Shown: positions 28,644 through 38,765, numbered from the stretch's first letter. The stretch is DNA of 64,000 nucleotides from an uncultured Candidatus Entotheonella sp. (GCA_965217185.1 OZ244252.1:3776001-3840000), one strand, 5' to 3'. Numbers and translations are program-made. Notes: a model not told the origin generated them from the sequence alone.

Positions 28644-29612
28644 CTACAGATCCAGCAGATCGTCCATGGCATCCGAATCGGCCGCGTCGAGAAGGCGTTG
28701 GGCAGCGTGGCGCAGTTCCTGGCGCTGGCTGAAGCTGAACGAAACTTGATACTGGCGCTTTTCAAAGTAGGGCGGTGGGCGTAGCGAGATGGTGGGCGGC
28801 AGGCGCAAACGGCGGGCGGCTTCCCGGTAGCGCTGTTCGTGGGCGGTGAGTTGGGGGTAGCGCGCCTGGCGCAGGGCGTGCCGCACCGCTTCGCGTTTCT
28901 GCGGCCCGGAACGCTGCGGGTCGGCGAGCAAGGCGGGTATGCCGAGCCGCTCAAACAGCGCGGCGGTGGTGCAGGCGTCCCGTTGGCAGACTTCGTCGAT
29001 ATAAGCGGCGCACTCCTGGGCGCGATTGCTGCCGAGTTGCAGGCTGGCGAATAGGGGCAGCGCGGCTTGCCGGTCGGTGATGTCCAGGCCGCCGACCCAC
29101 AGGGCGACGTCAACGGGCAAGGCGCTTTCGACCGTTGCCGCTTGCAGGGCGTCGTCCAGGGTAGCCAGGGTGCAATAGGCTTCCAGTGTATCGGCGCGCG
29201 GCGGCAGGTCCAGCAGCGGGCAGAACTGTTCGGTCAGGTCGGCGTCCGGGTACTGAAAATCGTGTCGCAGACGCCGGAGGATGCGGGCCTTTTCCACGGC
29301 ATTGAAGAGGCGGCAGGCCAGATTGTCGTGCACGGCGAGCAGAAATGCCTGCTGCTCCGAGAGCTCATCAGCCTCGTGGACCAAGGCCGGCACGGTTGCC
29401 TGTCCGGCCTGCCGCGCAGCGCGCAGACGCTTGGAGCCCGCTACGAGTTGCAGGAGCGCCGATTCGGCCGGCCGGCGCACGTGCAGCGGCGTCAGGACGC
29501 CCATGCGCGCGACGGAATCCAGAAGGCGTTGCATCTGCGGCCGGTAGGTGACCACGAATGCTTCGTCGTCCAAGGCGATGTCCGCCACCGGGATGTGCCC
29601 GAACCTCGGCAT
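28644..29612 (-). CDS. ParB/Srx N-terminal domain protein (no adjacent parA)
   Basis: LLDSVARMGVLTPL, LVAGSKRLRAA, DNL..FNAVEKA. Confidence 0.75.
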   Translation of the reverse strand: MPRFGHIPVADIALDDEAFVVTYRPQMQRLLDSVARMGVLTPLHVRRPAESALLQLVAGSKRLRAARQAGQATVPALVHEADELSEQQAFLLAVHDNLACRLFNAVEKARILRRLRHDFQYPDADLTEQFCPLLDLPPRADTLEAYCTLATLDDALQAATVESALPVDVALWVGGLDITDRQAALPLFASLQLGSNRAQECAAYIDEVCQRDACTTAALFERLGIPALLADPQRSGPQKREAVRHALRQARYPQLTAHEQRYREAARRLRLPPTISLRPPPYFEKRQYQVSFSFSQRQELRHAAQRLLDAADSDAMDDLLDL

Positions 29613-29645
29613 GTCAAACTTCTTTTCCAAGCCGGTGGCTCTGCA

Positions 29646-29677
29646 CAAAAAGCCCGTCTCGTTCCGTGGCGGGTTTC
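29646..29677. terminator. Possible intrinsic terminator downstream of hsdR
   Basis: aaaaagcccgtctcg-ttc-cgtggcgggtttc imperfect stem with A/T tracts. Confidence 0.4.
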
Positions 29678-29696
29678 ATGAAGTTGAGGTTTCCCT

Positions 29697-32600
29697 TCAC
29701 GCCGCGCCCGCCCGGTCGTAAGCCAGCCCGAACACCGTATCGGTCAGCCAGCGCTTGAAACCCGCATTGTCCATGAACTGCTTGAACAGTTCCGTGTCGT
29801 CTTTCATCAGCGAAGTCATTACCCGCTGCAGTGCCCTGTCATGCTCGATGCGGGCGTTCTCCCGGTCCGAATTGCGCTGTGCGTTCTTGAAAGCGCTGTC
29901 CGCGGCAATCCGCGATGGGATGGTTTCGGTGATGAGTTGGTGCACGCGGTCGGCGTCGTCCCATGAGATGTCCCCGAAGTGCTCATTGAACGACCGGAGG
30001 ATGTTCGACAGTCGATCCAGTTCGGGTTCGGGCCGGTGGCCGCCGCCGCTGGTCGGCACCGGGTCGATCTCGGCGTCCTCGTCGGGCAGCATGATCTTCT
30101 GTAGCGCCTGTTTCTCGACCCGGTAGCTGTCCATGTCGATGGTGTCCAGGATGCCCTTGGACAGGTCCTCCTCCTGCGGCGCCGGCAGCTTGGGGATCAG
30201 GAAATTCAGGAAAATCGAGCGCTTTTCCCAGGCGGCGTGGGTGTAGGGCAGCACTGACGACAGGAAGGCGTAGGTGCGCACGAATGCCTTGGCGTTGCCC
30301 TTGAACGCTACCTGCCCGTCTTCGTCCAGGTCGTTCAGATAGGCCGCCACGCAGGCGTCGAGGATGGGGTCGAGCCGGTCGCGGTCCGCCCCGCCTAGGT
30401 AGCGTTCCACCAGGTCGTCGACCTGTTCCGGGGCATACACCTGAGCGCCGTCCAGGTCCGCCTGCAGGTCGTGCAGCTTGTCGGGGTCGGTCTCGTCGGC
30501 CAGGATCGTCGTGCGGTAGAAGTCCGCGAAGGCGTAACGGATGGTGTCGGCATCGTTCAGAAAGTCCAGCACGAAGGCGTCGTGCTTCTGCGGATGCGCC
30601 CGGTTGAGGCGCGACAGCGTCTGCACCGCCTTGATGCCCGACAGCGTCTTGTCGACGTACATCGTGTGCAGCAGCGGCTCGTCGTAGCCGGTCTGGAACT
30701 TGTCGGCGCAGATGAGGAAGCGGTAAGGGTCCTGCCGGATCATCTCGGCAATCTTGTTGGACGAAAAGCCGTTCAGCGACGCCTCGCTGACCTTGGCGCC
30801 GCCAAACTCGAACTCGCCGGAGAACGCCACGATGGCCTGGTAGCGGCTCTTTCTCTCCCCCAAGTAGTCGCGCACGGCGTGAAGGTACTGGATGGCGCGC
30901 TCGATGCCGCTGGTGACCACCATCGCTCGCGCCTGGCCGCCGATCTTGCTCTGCGTGAGCACCTGGTCGTGGAAGTGGTCCACCATGATCTCGGCCTTGA
31001 GGCGAATGGCGTGGTCGTGGCCTTCGACAAAGCGCCGCAGTTTCTTCTGGGCTCTTTTGGTGTCGAACTCCGGGTCGTCCGCCACGGTTTTGGCGAGCTT
31101 GTAGTAGCTCTGCACCGGTGTGTAGTGCTGCAGCACGTCGAGGATGAAACCTTCCTGGATCGCCTGCTTCATGGTGTAGCTGTGGAAGGGGTGGTGCTTG
31201 ACGGCGCCGTCGGGCTGTGGCTCCGGGTGGCCGAAGATCTCCAGCGTCTTGTTCTTGGGGGTAGCGGTGAAGGCAAAGTAGCTGGCGTTGGTGAGCAGCT
31301 TGTGCGACTCCATGAGGCGGTTGATCTGATCCTCGAACGTCTCCTCCTCGTCCGCCTGGCCGGCTTCGGACAGCGCCTGCGTCATCGCCCCGCTGGTACG
31401 GCCACCCTGGCTGGAGTGGGCCTCGTCGATGATGATGGCGAAGCGCCTGCCGCGCTGCTCGTTGCCGATCTCGTCGAGGATGAACGGGAACTTCTGCACC
31501 GTCGAGATAATGATCTTCTTGCCGCTCTCGATGAACTGGCGCAGGTCGCCGGAGCGGTCGGCGTGTCCCACCGTGGCGCTGACCTGGGAGAACTGCCGGA
31601 TGGTGTCGTGAATCTGCTTGTCCAGAATGCGCCGGTCGGTGACCACGATGATGGAATCGAAGACCGGCGTGTCGTCCTTCCTCAGGTCGATCAGCTGGCG
31701 CGCCAGCCAGGCGATGGAGTTGCTCTTGCCGCTGCCCGCCGAGTGCTGGATCAGGCAGCGCCGCCCCGCCCCGTGCGCCCCGGCGTCGGCCAGCAGGCGG
31801 CGCACTACGTCCAGTTGATGATACCGTGGCCAGATCTGTGTCTTGCGGGTCCGGCCCGTCTTGTCGTCCTTTGACGCCACCACCTGGGCGTAGTTCTCCA
31901 GGATGTCGGTCAGGCTGTCGCGAGACAGCACGGCGCGCCACAGGTAGTCGGTCTTGATGCCGCCCGGGTTCGGCGGGTTGCCGGCGCCGTCGTTCCAACC
32001 GCGGTTGAAAGGCAGGAACCACGAGGCCTTGCCCTGCAGGCGGGTGCAGAAGCGCATCTCGCTGTCATCGACCGCGAAGTGGGCCACGCAGCGCCCAAAC
32101 TCGAACAGCCGCTCGTGCCAGTTGCGGTCCTTGCGGTACTGCTGCACCGCGTCGTCCGCCGTCTGCTTGGTCAGGCTGTTCTTGAGCTCGAAGGTGAAGA
32201 CCGGCAGGCCGTTGATGAACAGCCCGATGTCCAGCGCCCGCTGGGTCTCGTCGCGGCTGTAGCGCAGTTGCCGGCTGACGGTGAAGCGGTTGTGCTCGAA
32301 GCGTTCCCTGGCCGCCTCGTTGCCCGGCGACGGCGTGCCGTAGAACAAGTCCAGGTGGTGCGGTCCGTGCCGGACGCCGTGGCGCAGCACGTCGATGGTG
32401 CCGCGCTTGGATACCTCGCCCTGCAGCCGCGCCAGGAACTTGCGTAGCGTCAGGCCGTCCTGACCCGGTAGGGGCGACGCATGCGTCGCCCCTACGCCGG
32501 TTGATGCCATGTCGACAGCCTCTGCAACCTCGGGCTGGGTGGCCCGCAGGAAGGCGCGGAGTTGCACGATGTCGACGCAGTACTCGCGGTCGTAGTCATT

Positions 32601-32744
32601 CGGGTTGCCGCCGCTCCAACCCACGCCGCCGTAGCCGGCGGGTGGTTCTGCTACGGTGCCCGATGCGGGTGGCTCGCACGGATGCCCGGCCAGCGCCGTG
32701 CAGATAAGGCGTTCGAGGCCGCGTTCGGAGGTGTCGGTGGTCAT
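29697..32744 (-). CDS. hsdR: Type I restriction subunit R
   Basis: DIGLFINGLP.FTFELK, HSAGSGKS, DEAH, FTATP, TGYDEP, QTLSRLNR. Confidence 0.95.
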   Translation of the reverse strand: MTTDTSERGLERLICTALAGHPCEPPASGTVAEPPAGYGGVGWSGGNPNDYDREYCVDIVQLRAFLRATQPEVAEAVDMASTGVGATHASPLPGQDGLTLRKFLARLQGEVSKRGTIDVLRHGVRHGPHHLDLFYGTPSPGNEAARERFEHNRFTVSRQLRYSRDETQRALDIGLFINGLPVFTFELKNSLTKQTADDAVQQYRKDRNWHERLFEFGRCVAHFAVDDSEMRFCTRLQGKASWFLPFNRGWNDGAGNPPNPGGIKTDYLWRAVLSRDSLTDILENYAQVVASKDDKTGRTRKTQIWPRYHQLDVVRRLLADAGAHGAGRRCLIQHSAGSGKSNSIAWLARQLIDLRKDDTPVFDSIIVVTDRRILDKQIHDTIRQFSQVSATVGHADRSGDLRQFIESGKKIIISTVQKFPFILDEIGNEQRGRRFAIIIDEAHSSQGGRTSGAMTQALSEAGQADEEETFEDQINRLMESHKLLTNASYFAFTATPKNKTLEIFGHPEPQPDGAVKHHPFHSYTMKQAIQEGFILDVLQHYTPVQSYYKLAKTVADDPEFDTKRAQKKLRRFVEGHDHAIRLKAEIMVDHFHDQVLTQSKIGGQARAMVVTSGIERAIQYLHAVRDYLGERKSRYQAIVAFSGEFEFGGAKVSEASLNGFSSNKIAEMIRQDPYRFLICADKFQTGYDEPLLHTMYVDKTLSGIKAVQTLSRLNRAHPQKHDAFVLDFLNDADTIRYAFADFYRTTILADETDPDKLHDLQADLDGAQVYAPEQVDDLVERYLGGADRDRLDPILDACVAAYLNDLDEDGQVAFKGNAKAFVRTYAFLSSVLPYTHAAWEKRSIFLNFLIPKLPAPQEEDLSKGILDTIDMDSYRVEKQALQKIMLPDEDAEIDPVPTSGGGHRPEPELDRLSNILRSFNEHFGDISWDDADRVHQLITETIPSRIAADSAFKNAQRNSDRENARIEHDRALQRVMTSLMKDDTELFKQFMDNAGFKRWLTDTVFGLAYDRAGAA
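32468..32495. repeat. Perfect 28-bp GTAG palindrome inside hsdR
   Basis: gtaggggcgacgcatgcgtcgcccctac equals its own reverse complement; translated as VGATHASPL. Confidence 0.85.
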
Positions 32745-32960
32745 CTGGACGGCTCCAAGAGGTCCCCATCTCTCATGAGCAGAGCTCCTGTAGCCGTGAC
32801 CTCTTCCGGCATACAGGCCCATTTATTCCGGTGTCTCGATGCAATGATGCGCATATGTCATTACTTCTTTACGAAATAGATTGGTATTTTTAGATACTAA
32901 ATCCAGTTTTTGCCAGAAATTGTTAGCATATCGAAAATGGTGAAAAATCAAGTACTTAAT

Positions 32961-34456
32961 GAGCCACTTGCAAAACTCCGCTAGTTTGGCCTCGGAGCGG
33001 TTGTCATGAGACCGTACGGTGAATCATTTGCCGTCGGTGGTTCCAATTGCCACGAATTCAGCCATGGCGGTGCCGAGTTCCGGCTCCCGTCTTGCGATGC
33101 GGACGCAACTCTCCCCCCTGCGTACAGGACAGCAGCGCGTGCCGGGATGGAGGAAACGGGGCCGCGAGACCAGCTTCAGGTCACCAAGCGCATCAACTGA
33201 TCAACCGTGAGCGCCACAATCCCGAACATCAGATGACACAGCACCTTGGCATGGCCGCGCACGCGCACGCTGCGACCTCCGAATTCATCCTTGAGGCGAC
33301 CATTGACGCGCTCGACGGTCGAGCGTTCGTGGTAACGTCTCTCCTCAGACAGGACCAACCCACAGGCACGCCGTGCCTGCCTCTCCTGCCGCAGCGCCTG
33401 CTTGCGCGCGCCGCTGCGGGGGTTGACGTCGATGATCGCAACATGACCCAGGGCGCGGCTGTGGGCGCGGATTTCCGGGGCATCGTAGGCGCTGTCCATC
33501 AGGTCATACAGGTTGCGGACTCGCTCCGCCGTCAGGGTCGCCAGCGGGATGGCGACTTGGCTGTCGTGCAGCGACGCCGAGGTAAGCAGGCAACTGACCG
33601 GGATGGCGCCGTCGGCCGCGTCAATATGCAACTTGTAGCCGCTCCATGACGTCTGATAGCCCTTGGCGTCGCGCTTGACGCCAATGTCACAGGCGTACGG
33701 CAAGTCGGCGAGCATCTCCGGCAGGGTCATGTTGCGCTGGCGCTCCAGACGGCGCGGCTCCGTGGGGCGCTCCTCGCCCTTGCGCGGACGCCCGCGCCGC
33801 CGCTTCGGCTTGGCCGGCTGCGGCGCCTTCGGGGTCGGTCTCTCGCGCCCTTCAATCGCCGTCGAATCGCGTGAAATATGGCCTGCCAGACGCTCACCCT
33901 GGGTGCGTTTGATCAGCGCCTCGTGCAGGTGGCTCGGCAAGGCGCTGTCGGCAAATTCGGCAAAGGCACGTGAAAACGTCGCCTCGCTCGGAATGTGCTT
34001 GACGCTACGCCAGCCGCACAACCGGCGCAGGGTGCTGTCGTGGCGCAGACGATCAAGCAACATCCGGGTGCTAACCAGCGCGAAGACGGCCTTGGCGATG
34101 AAGGCGCGGGCTAAGGCCGCGCGGTCGCTTGGCGGACAGCCGCGACGCCGGTGCTGGTACGGCAGCAGCGTTTCCACCCGCACCCATTCGAGCACCATGA
34201 CGAAGCGCTGATGGCGTTCCCCCAGCGCCCCGATCGTTTCCTCAAGCTGCGGGAACAGCAGCGCTTGAAAGCAAGACCAGTAACTCGATAGTATCTCACG
34301 TAAGGCCATTGGGGTCGTTCCTCCTGATTCGGTTGTTTGACAACTCAACAGAATCAGAAAGCGGCCCCAATGTCCACCAATCAGCCCCAGAGCCTGCCCC
34401 GTGCTTGACACGGAGAAAGAAAATCCCACTCGTACACGCAATTCTGCAAGTGGCTC
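32961..34456 (-). mobile_element. IS5/IS1182-like insertion sequence, 1496 bp
   Basis: 12-bp terminal IR gagccacttgca at 32961 and tgcaagtggctc ending 34456; no target duplication visible. Confidence 0.85.
33176..34309 (-). CDS. DDE transposase
   Basis: ISRDSTAIE, GYKLHID, LMDSAYD, RSTVERVNGRLK; SD ggagg. Confidence 0.9.
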   Translation of the reverse strand: MALREILSSYWSCFQALLFPQLEETIGALGERHQRFVMVLEWVRVETLLPYQHRRRGCPPSDRAALARAFIAKAVFALVSTRMLLDRLRHDSTLRRLCGWRSVKHIPSEATFSRAFAEFADSALPSHLHEALIKRTQGERLAGHISRDSTAIEGRERPTPKAPQPAKPKRRRGRPRKGEERPTEPRRLERQRNMTLPEMLADLPYACDIGVKRDAKGYQTSWSGYKLHIDAADGAIPVSCLLTSASLHDSQVAIPLATLTAERVRNLYDLMDSAYDAPEIRAHSRALGHVAIIDVNPRSGARKQALRQERQARRACGLVLSEERRYHERSTVERVNGRLKDEFGGRSVRVRGHAKVLCHLMFGIVALTVDQLMRLVT

Positions 34457-34459
34457 GCT

Positions 34460-34651
34460 TTATTGCGGATTATTTATTTTCGGATGCAATCCCAAATGAA
34501 CGATTACCTCATACCCTTCCTCTTCTGCTTTCTGGATAAGTTCTCCGTTTTCCAGTTGGCCCCATCCCTTCTCCGCGGACCTGTCCACCGCATGTTCTCG
34601 GAGATGTCTTTGGAGGGGTGCTGGGGTTCCATGATCGAACAGAATTTTCAT
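34460..34651 (-). pseudogene. DUF5615-like PIN toxin, 3'-truncated
   Basis: MKILFDHGTP...ENGELI..AEEEGYEVIV then diverges before the expected T-x-D motif; ATGA-coupled to DUF433. Confidence 0.75.
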
Positions 34652-34875
34652 GTCCGGGCTGGCGCTTTGAGGTGTTCCGCTTCGTGCTTGAGGACAGCCG
34701 TGACCTGCCACTCCTTCACTTCGGGGAACCACTCCAGGAACTGATTCACGGTGGCCCCGCTCTCCAGGTTCTCAAACAGGGCGTATACCGGCACTCTTGC
34801 CCCGGTGAAGGCCCAAGCTCCGCTGATCTTCTTGGGGTTTCGTTCCACTGCTGGGCAGGTGCTCCAGTCCGTCAT
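34648..34875 (-). CDS. DUF433 antitoxin
   Basis: ERNPKKISGAW.F.G.RVPV..LFENL..G....FLEWFP. Confidence 0.9.
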   Translation of the reverse strand: MTDWSTCPAVERNPKKISGAWAFTGARVPVYALFENLESGATVNQFLEWFPEVKEWQVTAVLKHEAEHLKAPART

Positions 34876-36320
34876 GGGGTCACCTCACTTTCGATTGTGC
34901 ATTCTTCTGCCGGTTCCTCGGCGTCGCCGGGAACGTCTTCCTCAAGCAGTTCAGCCGCCGCCTCGCGCACGTCGAGCTTGCCGGTGACGACATCGGCGAT
35001 TAGGCGGGTGCGGTATTCGCGGAGGAGGTCGATTTCGTGTTTGGCATTTTCTCCTGCCTTCGCCAATGACACTAATTCACGTTCAATCCACCTGACAATT
35101 TGGTCTTGCTCACAGCGCGGTGGTAGGAGAATTGGGTAATTCTTCACATCGTCAAGCGAGAGACCATCCTTTGTTCCGCCGTAGAGACTCATCTGGCCAT
35201 GAGTCTGCCCCACCTCGGAGAGGAGTACGTAGCCGAGCCAACGGGAAGAAGATCCTGGAAGCGGCTTACAGCGGGCTACATGCTGGCTTACATAGGCTTC
35301 TTCAAAATCATCGGGAGCCACACCCACTGATCCGATATAGGCCGTAACCGAAACCAAAATGTCACCTGCATCAATATGTGTTCGAGTGACCTCCGACGTC
35401 TGCGGGAGATTCAGTCGCACCATGTCGTCGAAGCGTAATTTCAGCGAACCACGGCTGAGATTGGCGACACGGATGAACAGAGGCCCCATATCGGAGGCAT
35501 ATGATGACCAGCCTCGGGAACCTGTGGTGACTTCTGACACGACGTTCCTTAACCGACACCGTTCCCAATGCGCTGGCACGTCCTCCAGCCACTCGACGCC
35601 GGAGGGCTTGCAGGCCGGGTAGGGCTGGCCGGTGCGGACGTCGATCTGGCCGGTGACGGCTTGGTGGATGATGGCCTGCTTCTGCTCCTCCAGCAGCGCA
35701 ATCAGCTTCTGCTTGGCGCGGATGTAGCGCCGGATGCGCCGGTCGGCGTGGTCGAGGAAGCGGACGATGGCGGTCTGTTCGGAGAGGGGTGGCAGGGGGA
35801 GCCATACCGACTTGATGCCGGCGTGCGAGAGTCCATATCTCGTTACACCTTTCGCCTCGACATGGAACTGGTAGGCCAGCCCCTTGCTCTGCAAGGCACG
35901 CAGCAAGTAGGCGCCCGCAAGCGTGTCAAGTCGTGGGCGTAGCAAGGCCAAGTGATAGCCTGAAATAAGATCGGCCGCGGACTCTGTCACCAGTGCGGGT
36001 ACTCCAATGTCATTCCATGCCTCGGAGTCCTTGGTAATGAGGACGTCATCTTTCTCAAGCCGGAAACGCTCAATTTCCTCATGGGTAGCGGTTGCCCGCA
36101 TGAAGTCCATCCGCCCGTTGATGTAGTCATTCTTGTAGACATCAACATAGTTGCAAAGGCGGGCGGAAATCTCGTCGTCCTTTACGTGTTTGTCCACATT
36201 GCTCACTCGCATGTCGGCCACATAGCGAAGCCGCCGCACCTCCCAATGCGCCGGCACGTCGCCAAGCCATTCAACACCGGATGGCTTGTAGGCAGGGTAG
36301 GGTTTGAGGTTGACGGTCAT
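34872..36320 (-). CDS. hsdS: Type I specificity subunit S
   Basis: Two YKPSGVEWL..VP.HW repeats, PPLSEQ and PPRCEQ, EYRTRLIADVVTGK. Confidence 0.95.
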   Translation of the reverse strand: MTVNLKPYPAYKPSGVEWLGDVPAHWEVRRLRYVADMRVSNVDKHVKDDEISARLCNYVDVYKNDYINGRMDFMRATATHEEIERFRLEKDDVLITKDSEAWNDIGVPALVTESAADLISGYHLALLRPRLDTLAGAYLLRALQSKGLAYQFHVEAKGVTRYGLSHAGIKSVWLPLPPLSEQTAIVRFLDHADRRIRRYIRAKQKLIALLEEQKQAIIHQAVTGQIDVRTGQPYPACKPSGVEWLEDVPAHWERCRLRNVVSEVTTGSRGWSSYASDMGPLFIRVANLSRGSLKLRFDDMVRLNLPQTSEVTRTHIDAGDILVSVTAYIGSVGVAPDDFEEAYVSQHVARCKPLPGSSSRWLGYVLLSEVGQTHGQMSLYGGTKDGLSLDDVKNYPILLPPRCEQDQIVRWIERELVSLAKAGENAKHEIDLLREYRTRLIADVVTGKLDVREAAAELLEEDVPGDAEEPAEECTIESEVTP

Positions 36321-36431
36321 AGGTATTCACCGTTAATGCGGCAGGGCGACAACGATAACGCCATGCACATAGTTGGGCATGAGTCCCCAGGCACTTGTTT
36401 CCATCTATAGGCAAATCGAACCACGCGACGA

Positions 36432-36812
36432 TCAAAACGAACCATCGGGGCGCAGCAGCCATCCGCGAGACCTGGCGGCTTCTTTGAGACTGTCGGCCTT
36501 CCGTTTAATCGCGCTTCCACTAAATTCCGTGAAATCAATAACCGCATGTTCAGGAAAACGCGATGGTTCTGGTCTGACGAGAAGCCCAAGATTCCGACAG
36601 TCCGCCACTGTAACGGCTACGACGCCTGCCGAAGCGTGGCCCAAGTGATTCGTGAAGTGACACCAAGCTTCAACCGGCGTTATCTGGTCGCCATCGTAGA
36701 CGGACAGACGTTTCTCGTCTTTGCGTGTCGGCCGAAAAACCTGAGACGTAATTTCACCATTCTGAATCCACAGGGGATTGACCTGCCGGTATAGCAAGGT
36801 GTCGGCGTTCAT
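36432..36812 (-). CDS. Hypothetical protein, possible ART/RES-like fold
   Basis: LLYRQV, SQVF, LSVYD, PEHA; ATGA-coupled to the upstream gene. Confidence 0.55.
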   Translation of the reverse strand: MNADTLLYRQVNPLWIQNGEITSQVFRPTRKDEKRLSVYDGDQITPVEAWCHFTNHLGHASAGVVAVTVADCRNLGLLVRPEPSRFPEHAVIDFTEFSGSAIKRKADSLKEAARSRGWLLRPDGSF

Positions 36813-37597
36813 GCTTCGCTTCCCGCCTTGTCGCGGATTTCCGTGACCAGCCATTCCCAGGCATCGGCCTCGTCCAGGTTCAACTGCTCTTCATGTTCTG
36901 CGTCCGAGTGGCGGTTGAACCACAGCCACTCAGCGTGATGACTGTGTAAATCAACCTCAAGGGTGATGGCGTTTGACCCCAACGACCATTCCATCTGCAC
37001 GCCACCCTCAGGGGTCGGATAGACGTGGGGTAAGGGCGCCTCATCGGGAAAGCGACGCTCGAACGTAGCGGCCAGCCAGTCCAGGCCGGTATTGCTTGGG
37101 GGCACGCCTTGCCCTTCAAGCCACCCGATGGTCATGGCACGAAACTCGTCCAGGCGCGCCGGAACATCCAAGGGGTCAAGCAGACTGAGTTGCTCGACCG
37201 ATTCCACGCCTACCAAGTGATTTTGTCGGTTGTATCTGCCGACCCCTTGGAGAAGCACCCGAGTGTTGTTCGAGTACCCGCTGAACGCCTCAACGACCGT
37301 ATCGAGATGCTGTTCGGGGATTGGGACGGCGAAGACCTTATGGCCGTTTATCGGCTGAAACTCGAACGTTCTTTTGTCTTGGTCCGCTGCGGGTATCCAG
37401 CCACGAAGTCGTACTTCCTCCGTAATTTCAGCGACACTCGATGCCAGAACCAACCGGCGCCGCGTCTCTCTGGTCAACCGAACCGGGGTGGAACGTTGGG
37501 AGGGCACAAATTCAATGAACTCGGCATCACGCAGACTTCGCCCCATGCGGTTGAAGCAGCCCAGATGTTTCTTCGGCAGGTGATCCGTGACCGGCAT
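36809..37597 (-). CDS. Hypothetical protein, probably 5'-truncated
   Basis: C-terminal GWLEG..PP...PHVYPTPEGGVQMEW domain; 5' end abuts fic-derived sequence. Confidence 0.6.
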   Translation of the reverse strand: MPVTDHLPKKHLGCFNRMGRSLRDAEFIEFVPSQRSTPVRLTRETRRRLVLASSVAEITEEVRLRGWIPAADQDKRTFEFQPINGHKVFAVPIPEQHLDTVVEAFSGYSNNTRVLLQGVGRYNRQNHLVGVESVEQLSLLDPLDVPARLDEFRAMTIGWLEGQGVPPSNTGLDWLAATFERRFPDEAPLPHVYPTPEGGVQMEWSLGSNAITLEVDLHSHHAEWLWFNRHSDAEHEEQLNLDEADAWEWLVTEIRDKAGSEA

Positions 37598-37619
37598 TGT
37601 TCTCGGCAGCCCCGACGGC

Positions 37620-37850
37620 GCCGATCGATGGAAGGGGTGAATCTTGGTCTCAGGCAACTCGGAGCTGGGATCTTGATCACCAGCGGCAGTCCCGTGTCGG
37701 CATGGATAAAGCGTTCCAGTTCCGACAGGTCCTGCGCGATCCGGGCGGGCGGAGGCGGGACGTAGACAGCTTCGTGAATCGTGCAGCCGGGCGGGCCGAT
37801 CCAGTTCTGTCTGGTCCGCAGTTGGCGCCGGCGTGAGACGGGAGTCCGCA
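37620..37850 (-). pseudogene. Fic internal fragment
   Basis: RTRQNWIG...YVPPP...LSELERFIH...ETKIHPF, with the catalytic motif decayed. Confidence 0.7.
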
Positions 37851-38023
37851 CGCCGCGCGTAAAGACTCGACTGTGTTCATCACTTCTCCTCCAAATCCAG
37901 AACACAGATAGGGCAAGGCTCCAATACGCCGTATCGGTCAACTATTCACAAATCCTGCAACGAACTCCGGGAGCCTTCAAGCGGACTCGCCAGGGCAGGA
38001 CCGTAAACAAGTCATACCTAGCC

Positions 38024-38765
38024 TCACGCCTCAGTTCCTTCATTGAGAATAGCAAGATACCCATCGTAGACAAACAGCCGGCCGCGGGGCTTGCCGGTCA
38101 GTTCACGCGCAATTCCCTGGTCAACGAGCAACTGCATCGCCGTGGCAGCGGTAGGGAAGGATAACGTCGTGTGGGCGCTGACCCCGGACAGGGACAGGAC
38201 CGGCCTTGCCTTCAGCGTCTCGTGTACGCGCAGGGCCGAGCCGGCGCGACGGCCGGCGCGGCGTTCGATCGTGGCCCGGTCCGACGCAAACAGTTCCACC
38301 ATGCGGCGGGACGCGGCCCACCGTACCCTCGGCTGTTGCCCGAACGCCTTCGAGGTAGAAGGCAAGCCAGGTTTCCCAATCGCCGGTGCGGCGCACATGA
38401 TTCAGCAGGTCGTAGTAATCGCTGCGGTGTTGCTTGAAGTAGAGGCTCAGGTACAGGAACAGTTGGCGCAGCACGCCCGCGTTGCACAGCATGAGGTCCG
38501 ACAGCGACGACTGCGTGCCCTCGATCCGCGAGGAGAGCACCGCCTCTTTGCGCACGTAGGCGTAGAGAAACAGCGCCTCGTCCGGCCGCAGCGTCGAGAT
38601 GGCGTCCAGCCGTCCGAGGGCGAGCGTCGCCGCTTCGAGCGTCCGCTGCAACGAGCCGTCCAGCACCAAGGCAGGGACCGGTGGCAGCGGCGCCGGCACG
38701 AAGGCGCAAACGGGCTCGCCGCCGCCGCTGGTGCTCTCATATGTGCCGATTTCTCCGCGTTGCAT
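38024..38765 (-). pseudogene. Fic-family gene with internal deletion and frameshift
   Basis: AFVPAPLPP, EAVLSSRIEGTQ joined to LYLSLYF...YYDLL; wHTH end ELTG..RGRLFVY in another frame. Confidence 0.85.

Noticed and set aside
29983..32022. Long alternative ORFs (e.g. 679 aa here, 1001-2272, 42839-44458, 44887-46503)
   Set aside because: Shadow frames of GC-rich genes, Arg/Pro/Ala-rich or antisense, with no motifs
35563..36303. Direct repeat within hsdS (35563-35624 and 36241-36303)
   Set aside because: Normal conserved-region duplication of HsdS; no invertase or spare TRDs seen
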